In this document: positions 37,134 through 46,538 of the stretch, one piece after another
Numbering within the stretch: position 1 is the stretch's first letter
Layout of the letters: each line of letters starts with the position of its first letter
DNA from: Spirochaetales bacterium
GTDB lineage: Bacteria; Spirochaetota; Spirochaetia; DSM-27196; SLST01
Length of the DNA stretch: 60,779 nt
Direction: 5' to 3'
Assembly (NCBI GenBank): GCA_007130265.1
Contig: SLST01000023.1
Span: 1-60,779 of the forward strand
Translations under genes and position numbers: made by a program
The notes under the pieces: generated by a model
Databases searched by the model: none
The model's input: the letters and a program-made list of their open reading frames with translations, nothing else
What the model was told of the DNA's origin: nothing

Positions 37134-38534
37134 ATGAACGCTACGAGTGGATCGCAACGTCGGCCAAACGTCATCGTCTTCTTCACCGATCAGCAGCGTG
37201 CCGATACCACGGGACTGCACGGCAATCCAATGGGGCTCACCCCCAACTTCGATCGCATGGCCTCTTGCGGCACGCACTTCGCGAATACCTTCACCTGTCA
37301 GCCGGTCTGCGGTCCGGCGCGGGCGACGCTTCAGACCGGGAAGTTCGCGTCGGCGACCGGGGTGTGGTCGAACGCTATCCCACTCGCCTCGGACCAGCCG
37401 CGCCTCGCCGCGGCCTTTCAGGGGGCGGGATACGCCACCGGGTACATCGGGAAGTGGCACCTGAGTGAGCACGAGCCGGTTCCCCGGGCCGAGCAGATCG
37501 GCTACGACTACTGGATGGGGTCGAACGTGCTCGAGTTCACCTCCGACGCTTACGACCTGAACCTCTACGACGTGGAGGGGAGGAAACACCACGTTCCCGG
37601 GTACCGGGTCGACGGACTGACCGACGTTGCGATCCGCTACGTGAACGACCACCGTGACGATCCGTTCTTCCTCTTCCTCTCGTACATCGAGCCGCATCAC
37701 CAGAACCACGTGGACTCGTATCCGGCTCCCACCGGCTACGAGCAGGCGTACGGCGATCCCTGGGTTCCGCCGGATCTTCGGGCGCTCGGCGGTTCGGCGG
37801 CGAGGCACCTTCCGGGATACTACGGCATGGTGCGGCGGCTCGACGAGGCGCTCGGCCGGCTCGAGGACGCCCTTCGAAGCCTGCGGCTGCTCGACGACAC
37901 GATCATCCTCTTCATCTCAGACCACGGCAACCACTTCAAGACGCGTAACGGCGAGTACAAACGCAGCTGTCACGATGCGAGTATCAAGGTGCCGTGCTTC
38001 GCGGCAGGACCCGGGTTTGCTGGCGGCGGACGCGTTGAGGAGCTGTTCAGTATCGTCGACATCCCCCCAACCCTGCTCGACGCTGCCGGCATCGCGTCTC
38101 CGGAGAGCATGCATGGACTCTCCGCGATGCCCCTACTCGAGGCGCCACGAACCGGCGCCGGCCGGCGAGCCGCGGGCGCATCCTGGCCCGATCACGTCTT
38201 CGTGCAGATCAGCGAGGCGGAGACCGGCCGCGCGGTGCGCACCCACCGCTGGAAGTACGGCGTATCGCACGTTGACCCGGGGCGGCCCGCCGACAGGCCG
38301 TCGGCGGAGTTTGCCGACTCGTACACCGAGCTCTATCTCTACGACCTCCGGCATGACCCGTACGAGCTGGAGAACCTCGTAGACCGCGATTCTCACACCG
38401 CCGTGCGTGAACGCATGCGCCGGCTCCTGCTCGCGCGCATCGAGAAGGTCGAAAGGAGAAGGCCGACGATCCATGAGCCGACGCTGATCTCCGGTGGCCA
38501 ACGCCGCGTGGCGGCGCACGAGGTCGCGCAGTAG
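37134..38534 (+). CDS. Cys-type sulfatase (arylsulfatase family)
   Basis: PNVIVFFTDQQRAD and the formylglycine motif CGPARATLQTG (CxPxR), plus later DHG. An alternative ATG at 37116 is possible. Confidence 0.88.
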   Translation: MNATSGSQRRPNVIVFFTDQQRADTTGLHGNPMGLTPNFDRMASCGTHFANTFTCQPVCGPARATLQTGKFASATGVWSNAIPLASDQPRLAAAFQGAGYATGYIGKWHLSEHEPVPRAEQIGYDYWMGSNVLEFTSDAYDLNLYDVEGRKHHVPGYRVDGLTDVAIRYVNDHRDDPFFLFLSYIEPHHQNHVDSYPAPTGYEQAYGDPWVPPDLRALGGSAARHLPGYYGMVRRLDEALGRLEDALRSLRLLDDTIILFISDHGNHFKTRNGEYKRSCHDASIKVPCFAAGPGFAGGGRVEELFSIVDIPPTLLDAAGIASPESMHGLSAMPLLEAPRTGAGRRAAGASWPDHVFVQISEAETGRAVRTHRWKYGVSHVDPGRPADRPSAEFADSYTELYLYDLRHDPYELENLVDRDSHTAVRERMRRLLLARIEKVERRRPTIHEPTLISGGQRRVAAHEVAQ

Positions 38535-39503
38535 ATGGAACGTGGCGGTCTTGATGTCCCGGATCATCACGCATCCGGGTTCCTCGAGCGCTACCCGGGC
38601 GTCGCCGCCTCAGCGCGGTTGGACAGCGGCGATCGGTGGACGATTCCCGTGCGGGACGGCGCTATCTCCGCGTATGCCATGCCGGCTCTCGGCGAACGTC
38701 GTGGACTGCCTGTTCTCTACGTGCCGGGGTGGGGCGGGACGATTGAGGGCTTCATGGATGTTATCGAGTCAATCGGCGAGGCTGTTGACCTCTTCTACGT
38801 TGAGACGCGAGAGAAGTGCAGCAGTGAGCTCGTGCCCCATGCCCGGTTCACGATGAGCCGTATCGCCGCTGATGTCGCAGGCGCCGCGCGTCGCTTCGGG
38901 CTCCCCGACGACGGCTATCTTCTGCTCGGCAGCTCGTTCGGTGCGGCCGTCGCGGTGCAGGCAGTCGCGGACGGAGTCCTGCGCCCCGCCGTCACGATCC
39001 TCTACGACCCGATGCCCCGCCTGTGGATGCCACGATGGGTACTCAGGTACGTGGCGCCGCTCGCGAGCCCCGGGGTCGTCTCCGTCCTGCGGCCAGCGCT
39101 GAAGCGGCTCGTACTCGCCGGGATGCGCGAGCGTCTACAGCGAAGGCGGGCAGCCCGATTCATCGACGCGGCTGACTTAGGCAAGTGGCGCGCCGCGGCG
39201 ATCGCGCTCCGGGACTGGGATATCCGCAGCGTCGGACCACGAGTCGACCGCCCGGTAGCGATCGTGAATGGGTGCGCAGACCGGTTTCACGACCCGTCTC
39301 TCTATCCCCGGATCGCCGCAGCGATACCCGGGAGCCGGTTGCTGCGGGTGCCCGTCCGCGAGTCTGAGCGCGAACGTCTGATCGGCGCAGTCGCTACGGC
39401 GTATGCGTTCGACTGGCCAGTCTGCGATGATGCCCGCGAGGGTCGATCATCACTCGAGCGGACGCCGGTACCGCGGGCTCTTCGCGGCTTCGTCGAGGTG
39501 TGA
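38535..39503 (+). CDS. Alpha/beta hydrolase fold protein
   Basis: PVLYVPGWGG... and nucleophile elbow LLGSSFGAAVA (GxSxG). The ATG abuts the sulfatase stop (TAGATG). Confidence 0.75.
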   Translation: MERGGLDVPDHHASGFLERYPGVAASARLDSGDRWTIPVRDGAISAYAMPALGERRGLPVLYVPGWGGTIEGFMDVIESIGEAVDLFYVETREKCSSELVPHARFTMSRIAADVAGAARRFGLPDDGYLLLGSSFGAAVAVQAVADGVLRPAVTILYDPMPRLWMPRWVLRYVAPLASPGVVSVLRPALKRLVLAGMRERLQRRRAARFIDAADLGKWRAAAIALRDWDIRSVGPRVDRPVAIVNGCADRFHDPSLYPRIAAAIPGSRLLRVPVRESERERLIGAVATAYAFDWPVCDDAREGRSSLERTPVPRALRGFVEV

Positions 39504-39515
39504 TACATTCTGGGC

Positions 39516-40001
39516 ATGGCGGGATCGGCGTCTCTTCCGTTCGTGGTGGTGTATCTCATGCTCGTGTTTGTCGAGGCGCTCGGTGTCGGCGGGGAGGCCG
39601 TAACGGCAGAGTACCTGCAGGACGGCGAGCCGATATCGCAGATCACCGCGGTTCGAGAAGAGGGCATGGGCTCGGGTCTCTACCGCTTCGTCGGAGTCGG
39701 GCGGGATGAAGCCGAGCCGTCGGTAGCGCGGATCGAGACGAGCGAGCTCGTCGGGCATCACTACCTCGTCTACCCTGCCGATGAGGCTTTTCCGATCGTC
39801 GTCAGCCTCGCACCGGTCTACGATCAGCTGCTCGCTCCGCCAATGCGGCCGGTGCGCACCCTTACGATTGATGCTGATGCGATCACCGCAGGTGGAGAAC
39901 CGGCTGTCCCGGGGTCAGAGCTGCATATCATCCGGACAGACCGGATGACACTTCTGAGCGCGCCGGAGTCCGGCGTGATACTTCTGGTAACCGGGGAGTA
40001 G
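39516..40001 (+). CDS. Hypothetical protein with N-terminal hydrophobic anchor/signal
   Basis: 161-aa ORF with coding-like composition and hydrophobic segment LPFVVVYLMLVFVEALGV. No recognisable domain. Confidence 0.5.
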   Translation: MAGSASLPFVVVYLMLVFVEALGVGGEAVTAEYLQDGEPISQITAVREEGMGSGLYRFVGVGRDEAEPSVARIETSELVGHHYLVYPADEAFPIVVSLAPVYDQLLAPPMRPVRTLTIDADAITAGGEPAVPGSELHIIRTDRMTLLSAPESGVILLVTGE

Positions 40002-40002
40002 G

Positions 40003-40476
40003 ATGGGATCAGTACGTCGAGTCCTTTTTGTCTGCACCGGCAATATCTGTCGAAGCCCGCTCGCCGAGGCGGTGCTCAGAAGCAAACTCGCCGAACGAGG
40101 CTCCGACGACGGGTACGAGATCGACAGCGCGGGGACCGTCGCCGATCATCTTGGTGAGCAGTCGGACAGGCGGATGCGCCGGACGGCCGCGCGACGCGGT
40201 GTCCGGATCGACCACCGCGCACGCCGGGTAACGTCGCGGGACATGGAGCGGTTCGATCTGGTCGTCGGCATGGACGATCGCCACCTCCGGACCCTGCGGT
40301 CGCTTGCAGCCGGGAAACCGGTCGAGATACGCAAGCTCGGGGAGTTTGGGAACGACGAGCGAGCACCCGACGTGCCCGATCCGTGGTACGGTGGCATTGA
40401 AGGGTTCGAGCGAGTGTTCGACATGGTCGACCGATCGTGCGAGGCGCTTGCCGAGTGGCTGGAGCAGGAGACGTGA
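40003..40476 (+). CDS. Low-molecular-weight protein-tyrosine phosphatase (or arsenate-reductase-like LMW-PTP fold)
   Basis: P-loop VLFVCTGNICRSPLAEAV (CX5R-S) and DPWYG general-acid region. Confidence 0.9.
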   Translation: MGSVRRVLFVCTGNICRSPLAEAVLRSKLAERGSDDGYEIDSAGTVADHLGEQSDRRMRRTAARRGVRIDHRARRVTSRDMERFDLVVGMDDRHLRTLRSLAAGKPVEIRKLGEFGNDERAPDVPDPWYGGIEGFERVFDMVDRSCEALAEWLEQET

Positions 40477-41354
40477 TCCGGGACGCGCGTACCGTAGAAC
40501 AGGCAATTCAGCGCATCACCGGAGATGGGGCTTCCATCGTGGCCGAGACCGCCGTGTCGGGCGGGTGCATTTCGGGAGGAAGACGCGTTGATGTCTCGAC
40601 CGGTGAGTCGTACTTCGTCAAGAGCAGCGCGTCTCTGCCGTCGCCGGTGTTCAGCTCTGAGGCTGCGGGCCTTGAAGCGCTTCGCCGCGCGGGAGGTCCC
40701 CGCGTTCCTCTGGTTGCTGCCGTGTGGTCAGGGGCAGGCGAGTCGTTCATCATCATGGAATGGATCGAGCAGAGCGCTCGCGGCCGGCGGTTCGCCCGCG
40801 ACTTCGGCTCGCAGCTCGCGGCGATGCACCGGGCGAAGCAGGCTGAACGGTTCGGGTTCGAGACCGATAATTACATTGGGGCCACGCCGCAGCCGAATGG
40901 CTGGATGTCGTCGTGGCATGATTTCTTCCGCGAGCGTCGGATCGGCTTTCAGGCCGAACTCGCGCTCGAGCGGGGGGTGATCGACGCCTCACTCGCGCAG
41001 GAGATTGATCGCGTGCTTGCCCGTCTTGAGGAGCTGTTGCCGGCTCCGGAGTATCCGTCGCTGCTCCACGGCGACCTGTGGGGCGGAAACTACCTCGTCG
41101 ACGGGTCGGGAGCCCCGGTCCTCATCGACCCGGCCGTTTACTTCGGGCATCGGGAGGCCGATCTCGCGATGACCGAACTCTTCGGCGGATTCCCTGCGCA
41201 GTTTTACCACGCCTACCGCGAGGAGTGGCCGCTCGACCGCGGCTATTCCGAGCGCGTACCGCTGTACAACCTCTACCATGTGCTGAACCACGCGAATATG
41301 TTCGGAGGAAGCTACGTTTCGAGCGCACGTTCAATCGTGCGCCGGTATCGATAG
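40473..41354 (+). CDS. Fructosamine/ketosamine-3-kinase family protein
   Basis: FVKS..., LLHGDLWGGN, DPAVYFGHREADLAM. GTG start at 40473 overlaps the LMW-PTP stop (GTGA). Confidence 0.88.
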   Translation: MIRDARTVEQAIQRITGDGASIVAETAVSGGCISGGRRVDVSTGESYFVKSSASLPSPVFSSEAAGLEALRRAGGPRVPLVAAVWSGAGESFIIMEWIEQSARGRRFARDFGSQLAAMHRAKQAERFGFETDNYIGATPQPNGWMSSWHDFFRERRIGFQAELALERGVIDASLAQEIDRVLARLEELLPAPEYPSLLHGDLWGGNYLVDGSGAPVLIDPAVYFGHREADLAMTELFGGFPAQFYHAYREEWPLDRGYSERVPLYNLYHVLNHANMFGGSYVSSARSIVRRYR

Positions 41355-41374
41355 GTATTGTGAGGGGCGCCGGA

Positions 41375-42649
41375 ATGAATGAGCTTGCCGTACTCAGCGG
41401 CGATCAGTGGCTGCACGACCGCGCCGGCGAGGCCGCCGACCGGTTTGGCGGTCTTTATGGAGTGACTTCCGTCATCTCCTGGGACCAGGTGGTGCGGTTC
41501 CTGAATTTCGAGTTTCCGCACGTCACCGTCATCAGTCTCGACGAGGAGGCCGTCAACGGGTACCGAATCCTTGAAGAGATGAAGGAAGACCCGTGGCTCC
41601 ACTTCGGGGCGCTGATTGTAGTGTACCAGGACTCCGAGGAGGCGGATGCGGCGGCCGCGGCACGAGGGCTGAACCTCGTGGCCACGATCCCCTACGATCT
41701 CGCGTCGGACTATCTGTACCGCGCACTTCGCATCCTGTGCGACAATCATCAGATTGTCTACCAGCGAGACATCCACAAGCTGCTGCATGCGCACCACTCC
41801 GGGTCGTTCGTACTCGACAATGATCCATTCGAGCTGATCACCTACTCACGTCTGCTCTCCAACTTCCTGTTCAACGCGAACATGATCACGGACGAACGGC
41901 GGGACCGGTTTCACGTGGCGCTGATGGAACTGCTCGTGAATGCGGTCGAGCACGGCAACTGCGGCATCACCTATGAGGAGAAGTCGTCGTATATCGAAGC
42001 GCACGGTGACGCGCTCGAGCTGATCCGCGCCCGTCTGCGAGATCCCGACATCGGGTTGCGTCGTGTTTTCCTCTCCTACCGCATCTCCCCTCGCGAAACG
42101 ATGGTCACGATCCGCGACCAGGGTGCTGGGTTCGACTGGCGGGTGTACCGTGCTCCGGTGGGCGAGGCGGGGCTGCAGGAGGCGCACGGGCGAGGCATTC
42201 TGATGGCGCGCGCGTATATCGACGAACTGAGCTACAACGAGACCGGCAACGAGGTAACCATCCGTCTCGATCACAATCCCGCGGACGACCCGCTGATTCC
42301 GCGCGCCTTCAGCGAGGTCGAGGAGGTGCGAGTGGTCGCCGGAGACAAGGTGTTCACGGAGGGCGAAACCTCCACGCACCTGTACTACATCGTGTCCGGC
42401 AGCTACGATGTGACCGCGGCCGGACGACATGTCTCCACATTGACTCCGGCGGACGTGTTCGTCGGCGAGATGAGCTTCCTCGTCAACAACCGTCGGTCGG
42501 CTACCGTCACGGCGGCTTCAGAAGGGCTGTTGCTTCGGCTCGACAAGGATCAGTTCGTCCAGGCGATACGCCACAACCCACACTACGGCATCCTCCTCGC
42601 ACGTCTGCTCGCGCAGCGTCTCGTGGCGCTGCACCACCTGCCGGACTGA
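41375..42649 (+). CDS. REC-like / HATPase_c (SpoIIAB-RsbW-type anti-sigma Ser kinase-like) / cyclic-nucleotide-binding fusion protein
   Basis: N-terminal receiver-like HVTVISLDEEAVNGYRILEEMKEDPWLHFGALIVVY. N-box LMELLVNAVEHGN, G1 IRDQGAGFDW, G2 GRGILMARAY. C-terminal cNMP domain FTEGETSTHLYYIVSG...FVGEMSFLVNNRRSATVTA. Confidence 0.8.
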   Translation: MNELAVLSGDQWLHDRAGEAADRFGGLYGVTSVISWDQVVRFLNFEFPHVTVISLDEEAVNGYRILEEMKEDPWLHFGALIVVYQDSEEADAAAAARGLNLVATIPYDLASDYLYRALRILCDNHQIVYQRDIHKLLHAHHSGSFVLDNDPFELITYSRLLSNFLFNANMITDERRDRFHVALMELLVNAVEHGNCGITYEEKSSYIEAHGDALELIRARLRDPDIGLRRVFLSYRISPRETMVTIRDQGAGFDWRVYRAPVGEAGLQEAHGRGILMARAYIDELSYNETGNEVTIRLDHNPADDPLIPRAFSEVEEVRVVAGDKVFTEGETSTHLYYIVSGSYDVTAAGRHVSTLTPADVFVGEMSFLVNNRRSATVTAASEGLLLRLDKDQFVQAIRHNPHYGILLARLLAQRLVALHHLPD

Positions 42650-42674
42650 CGAGCGCGACGCGCAGCGCCGCCGG

Positions 42675-44384
42675 CTACCGCCGTTTGAAGACCCGCGAGA
42701 TGATGCTGAACAGGAAGCCGAGGCCGAGAATCCCGGCAACGCCGAAGCCGGCAAGGCCGATGAGCGGAATGTCGTTCCACAGCGGTGGCAGTCTCGCATG
42801 GATGATCAACGCGGAGCTGATCATGAGTGCGGCGAGCACGATTCCGAATATCAGGCGGTAGCCGATGTTGTCGAGCGTGTTGCGAAGCGGTTCGAGCCCG
42901 CGGAGTCGGAAGCCGATCGTCAGCTGGCCGGTTCGCAGCTGGCGGGATACGCCGGAGAGATCCGACGGAAGATTCCGTAGCAGCTCGAGATAGTCGAGGC
43001 CAACCGTCGAGGCCTGATGAGCGAGTCTCGCCGGACGCAGCCTCTCCACGACGAGGCGGCGCGCGAGTCCCTCGAGAACAGGCTGGAGGGTGAAGTCAGG
43101 GTAGAGGTTTCGACCCACCCCCTCTATCGTCAGGAGTGCCTTGGCGACCATCATGAGGCTCGTTGGAACCGTCAACCCGTGCGAAACGACGAGCCCTATG
43201 AGGTCGGAGAAGAGCACGGCGATGTCCATGTCCTTGAGCGAGCGATCGAGGTAATCGTCGACGAGCTCCTGCACCTCGTCGACGAGCTCCTCGTAGTCGA
43301 GCGCACGACTGCAGCGAGTGAGGCGGAGAATCGAGTCGGTCACTTTCGCGCCGTCGCGACGAACCATTCCGGTGATCGCGGAGGCGAGATGGTCGCGCTC
43401 CTCTTCGTGCAGGCGGCCCACGAGACCGAAGTCCAGGAAGCACAACACGTTGTCGGGCAGTATCATGATGTTCCCAGGATGCGGATCCGCGTGGAAGAAC
43501 CCGTGAATCAGGATCTGTTCGAGCATCAGCTCCGCGCCGTTCTCGGCGACCGCCCTTGGGTCAAAGCCGAACGTCTCGACTGCCTCCTTCCCGTCGAGAG
43601 CGGTGCGAATCTTCACTCCTTCGGCGTACTCCATGATGAGCAGGCGTTTGGTCGAGAAGCGGGGATAGGTCGCGAGAACCTTGATCTGAGGGCGCTTCGC
43701 GAAGAGCGTGGCGAATCGCTCCATGTTTTGCCGTTCGCGGCTGAAGTCGAGCTCCCGGCGGATATACTTGCGAAACTCCTTTACCGCCGACGAGGGACCA
43801 AGGTAGCGCGACGCGGGAATGTAGCGTTCGGCGAGCCTCGCGAAGTAGGCCACGATGTCGAGATCGGTCTCGATTTTCGACTCGATACCCGGCCGCTGGA
43901 GCTTCACACCCACCAGCTCGCCGCTCTTCAGCACCGCGCGGTGAACCTGCGCGATCGAAGCCGATGCAACCGGTTCCCGGTCGAACTCCACGAACACGTC
44001 CTCGATCGGGCGTCCGAGCTCGTCCTCGACCGCGCGAAGCACGAGTCGCCTGGGAATCGGCTGTACCTCGTCCTGGAGACGGGTCAGCTCCTGGATGAGC
44101 TCGATCGGGAGGATGTCCGTTCGATTGCTCAGGAGCTGCCCGATCTTGATGAATGTCGGACCGAGCTCCTCGAGCGCCATTCGGACGATCTCCCACCGGG
44201 TCGCGCCTTTGGGCACTTGGCGCGCGCGGCGACGCGGCAGGAGCGGGCCGACGCCCGGAACGAATCGGTCGAGACGGAGCATTCTGACCCACTCGGTGAG
44301 TCCGTACTTGACCATGACCCGGACGATTTCCTGAACGCGGGTCGTCGTCCGAGTGCTCCGGCGATAGAGGCTCTCGCGTTTCAC
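42675..44384 (-). CDS. ubiB: ABC1/UbiB-family atypical kinase
   Basis: ELGPTFIKIGQLLSNRTDILP, ASIAQVHRAVL, HADPHPGNI, and C-terminal TM helices. Start uncertain: GTG at 44384 was chosen, while the ORF-track start at 44471 overlaps the divergent gene. Confidence 0.88.
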   Translation of the reverse strand: MKRESLYRRSTRTTTRVQEIVRVMVKYGLTEWVRMLRLDRFVPGVGPLLPRRRARQVPKGATRWEIVRMALEELGPTFIKIGQLLSNRTDILPIELIQELTRLQDEVQPIPRRLVLRAVEDELGRPIEDVFVEFDREPVASASIAQVHRAVLKSGELVGVKLQRPGIESKIETDLDIVAYFARLAERYIPASRYLGPSSAVKEFRKYIRRELDFSRERQNMERFATLFAKRPQIKVLATYPRFSTKRLLIMEYAEGVKIRTALDGKEAVETFGFDPRAVAENGAELMLEQILIHGFFHADPHPGNIMILPDNVLCFLDFGLVGRLHEEERDHLASAITGMVRRDGAKVTDSILRLTRCSRALDYEELVDEVQELVDDYLDRSLKDMDIAVLFSDLIGLVVSHGLTVPTSLMMVAKALLTIEGVGRNLYPDFTLQPVLEGLARRLVVERLRPARLAHQASTVGLDYLELLRNLPSDLSGVSRQLRTGQLTIGFRLRGLEPLRNTLDNIGYRLIFGIVLAALMISSALIIHARLPPLWNDIPLIGLAGFGVAGILGLGFLFSIISRVFKRR

Positions 44385-44457
44385 AGAGGCAGTGTACCCG
44401 AGATGAACCCGAGTGACAGCATCGCGACGGAGTGGTGTTTCAGGTTCAGGAGCAACA

Positions 44458-44982
44458 ATGAAACGACACATCGGATTACTCGTGCTTACGGTTCTCGTCG
44501 TCTCGGGTGTTTGGGCACGCGGCGGCGGGGGCGTCTTTCAGGGCGCGTACTACCCGGTCCAGGAGTACTCGAACGTCGATCGTGACGTGCGGATCACCGG
44601 GGGCTACGGGTACGGAGTCGACCGCGGCGGCGCACGCCACGGCGGGTTCGGGCTGGTGATTCACGACACGCACACCAGCGAACTGGTTGGAGCGTTCGGC
44701 GGAGTGATGTCCGGGCGACAGCTGCGATCCGGTTCCCTGGCGTTGAGTGTCAACCTCTGGACCGGCGTCGGGTACGTGAACTCCTCATTCGTCAGCTCAC
44801 CGGTGGGAGTGGGCTACCTCGCCGAGGCCGCCGCAGAGGCCGGGCTCACGCTGCTGCCCTGGTTTCAGGTCAGCGTCTACGGCGGTATGCAGGCGGTCGG
44901 CAGCCTCGATCCGGCACAACTGATATCGAGCGCGCGGTACGCGCCGGTGCTCGGCACCAGGCTCACGTGGGGCGGCTTCTGA
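44458..44982 (+). CDS. Secreted Gly-rich hypothetical protein, probable small outer-membrane beta-barrel
   Basis: Signal peptide LLVLTVLVVSGVWA, Gly/aromatic-rich alternating strands, C-terminal ...TWGGF. AGGAG lies 6 nt upstream of the ATG at 44458. Confidence 0.6.
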   Translation: MKRHIGLLVLTVLVVSGVWARGGGGVFQGAYYPVQEYSNVDRDVRITGGYGYGVDRGGARHGGFGLVIHDTHTSELVGAFGGVMSGRQLRSGSLALSVNLWTGVGYVNSSFVSSPVGVGYLAEAAAEAGLTLLPWFQVSVYGGMQAVGSLDPAQLISSARYAPVLGTRLTWGGF

Positions 44983-45011
44983 GGCGCTCGGCGGCGAGCT
45001 CGACCGGACGC

Positions 45012-45509
45012 TCAGCTGGAACGAAGCCGCGATGGGACGAGCACGGTTCTCAGTTCCATCGCGGTGCCGCTGCCGATCTCGCCTGCATGGTCTGCGTCGG
45101 CCTCGATGACGGCAAGGGCTCCGGCCTTCATGTCGATGTCCCTGGCCGCTACGCGCGAGACAAACGATTCGATCTCCGGATTGTGCCCCACGATCATCAG
45201 GCGCCTCGCGGATCCTCCGTAGACTCCGATGACCCTCAGATAGTCACCGGAGCCGGCATCATACAGCTCGGGCAGATCGAAACGTCCGGGCTCCGGCACC
45301 AACGATCCGAGCGCCTCGTCCGCGGTCTCCCGGGCGCGTACGGCGTCGGAACAGAGGATCACCTCAGGAGCGAGGCCCCGTGATGCCAGGATGCGCCCCA
45401 TCTCTCGCGCGTCATCCCGACCAACCGGCAGGAGTTGCCGCTGCCGATCAGTCAGGGGCGGATGCCCGCTCTCCGTTTTCGCGTGACGCCAGAACAGCAG
45501 TTCAACCAT
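45012..45509 (-). CDS. Histidine phosphatase family protein (SixA-like)
   Basis: LLFWRHAKTE (RHx catalytic motif)...ILCSDAVRARETA...IVGHNPE. The start overlaps the upstream gene's stop by 8 nt. Confidence 0.75.
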   Translation of the reverse strand: MVELLFWRHAKTESGHPPLTDRQRQLLPVGRDDAREMGRILASRGLAPEVILCSDAVRARETADEALGSLVPEPGRFDLPELYDAGSGDYLRVIGVYGGSARRLMIVGHNPEIESFVSRVAARDIDMKAGALAVIEADADHAGEIGSGTAMELRTVLVPSRLRSS

Positions 45510-46095
45510 TGTGATCTCCCTTTGCCCATTTCCGCGCCTCCTCGAGCCATTCACGGCGCCGGCGGTGGCCGGAATGCCTCAGGTCCGTATAGACGCTGAA
45601 ACGCACGAGCTGCATTCCGCAGTAGTCGGCGAGCGCTCGCCAGAAGCCCTCGATCGGCTCGGGCGGCTCGTCGATCGGCCGATCGGTGGTCACAAAGACC
45701 GCGAGCCTCTTCGCAACGAACAACGGCACGTGCCGTTTCTCGCTGAACTCTTCGCCCTCCCAGTCGTATGCGACGCCGGGACGGAATACCCGCTCGATCC
45801 AGCCCTTCAGAAGCGCCGGCGGGCCGCTCCACCAATCGGGGTGGACGACGCACATCAGGTCCGTGCGCTCGCACTCGTCGGTGTAGGCCTGAATCTGCTC
45901 GTCGAGGCTGAAGCGACGCGCGATCTCCGCCCCGGTCAGCACGGGATCGGGTTGCTCGGCGTACAGATCGTGAAAGATCGATGACTCGTCGCCCTCGGCC
46001 GGATCACCGTCACCCGACCTGCGCATCGCCGCGTGCAGCTCGTCGGCGATCGCCCGACAGAAGCTGCGCTCATACGGATGGCAAAGAACGATCAT
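45502..46095 (-). CDS. NAD(P)H dehydrogenase (quinone)/Flavodoxin_2-fold oxidoreductase
   Basis: MIVLCHPYERSF...DLMCVVHPDWWSGPPALLKGWIERVF is typical of the NQO/KefF/MdaB-like fold. Start at the MIVLCH ATG at 46095. Confidence 0.8.
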   Translation of the reverse strand: MIVLCHPYERSFCRAIADELHAAMRRSGDGDPAEGDESSIFHDLYAEQPDPVLTGAEIARRFSLDEQIQAYTDECERTDLMCVVHPDWWSGPPALLKGWIERVFRPGVAYDWEGEEFSEKRHVPLFVAKRLAVFVTTDRPIDEPPEPIEGFWRALADYCGMQLVRFSVYTDLRHSGHRRRREWLEEARKWAKGDHNG

Positions 46096-46176
46096 CGTCT
46101 GCACAGATGCAGTATACGCCCGGGGCGGTAGCCGTGCGAACCGGATTTGCGTAGTTTTTGGTGAAGAGCAGGACCG

Positions 46177-46205
46177 TTGACGGCTGGATAATTCCTGAGT
46201 ATAAT
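46177..46205 (+). promoter_or_regulatory. Near-consensus sigma70 promoter of the suf operon (TTGACG-N17-TATAAT)
   Basis: -35 at 46177-46182, exact 17-nt spacer, consensus -10 at 46200-46205. An 8-bp palindrome ATGATCAT lies immediately downstream (46203-46210). Confidence 0.6.
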
Positions 46206-46225
46206 GATCATAAATAGGGGTGGAT

Positions 46226-46528
46226 ATGGCGACAAAAGGTGAAGTTCTCGACGCGCTGACCCGGGTTATCGATCCGGAAATCGGGCTCAACATCGTTGAT
46301 GTCGGACTCGTCTACCGGGTCGAGGCCTTCGATGACCACATCGAGATCGATTTCACCCTGACATCACCAGGGTGCCCGCTCGCGGATACCATTGTCGCGG
46401 ACATTCAGCGAGAGGTGAGTGAGGCGACCGGGATCGACGACGTTCGCACGAATCTCGTGTGGAGCCCACCGTGGAGCCTCGACTTCATGAGCGAAGAGGC
46501 CCGGTTGCAGCTCGGATACCCCATCTAG
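46226..46528 (+). CDS. sufT: Fe-S assembly protein SufT / DUF59 (MIP18 family)
   Basis: VLDALTRVIDPEIGLNIVDVGLVY...TLTSPGCPLAD. The ATG at 46226 has AGGGG 5 nt upstream (a GTG at 46220 is also in frame). Confidence 0.85.
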   Translation: MATKGEVLDALTRVIDPEIGLNIVDVGLVYRVEAFDDHIEIDFTLTSPGCPLADTIVADIQREVSEATGIDDVRTNLVWSPPWSLDFMSEEARLQLGYPI

Positions 46529-46538
46529 GAGAGTACGG

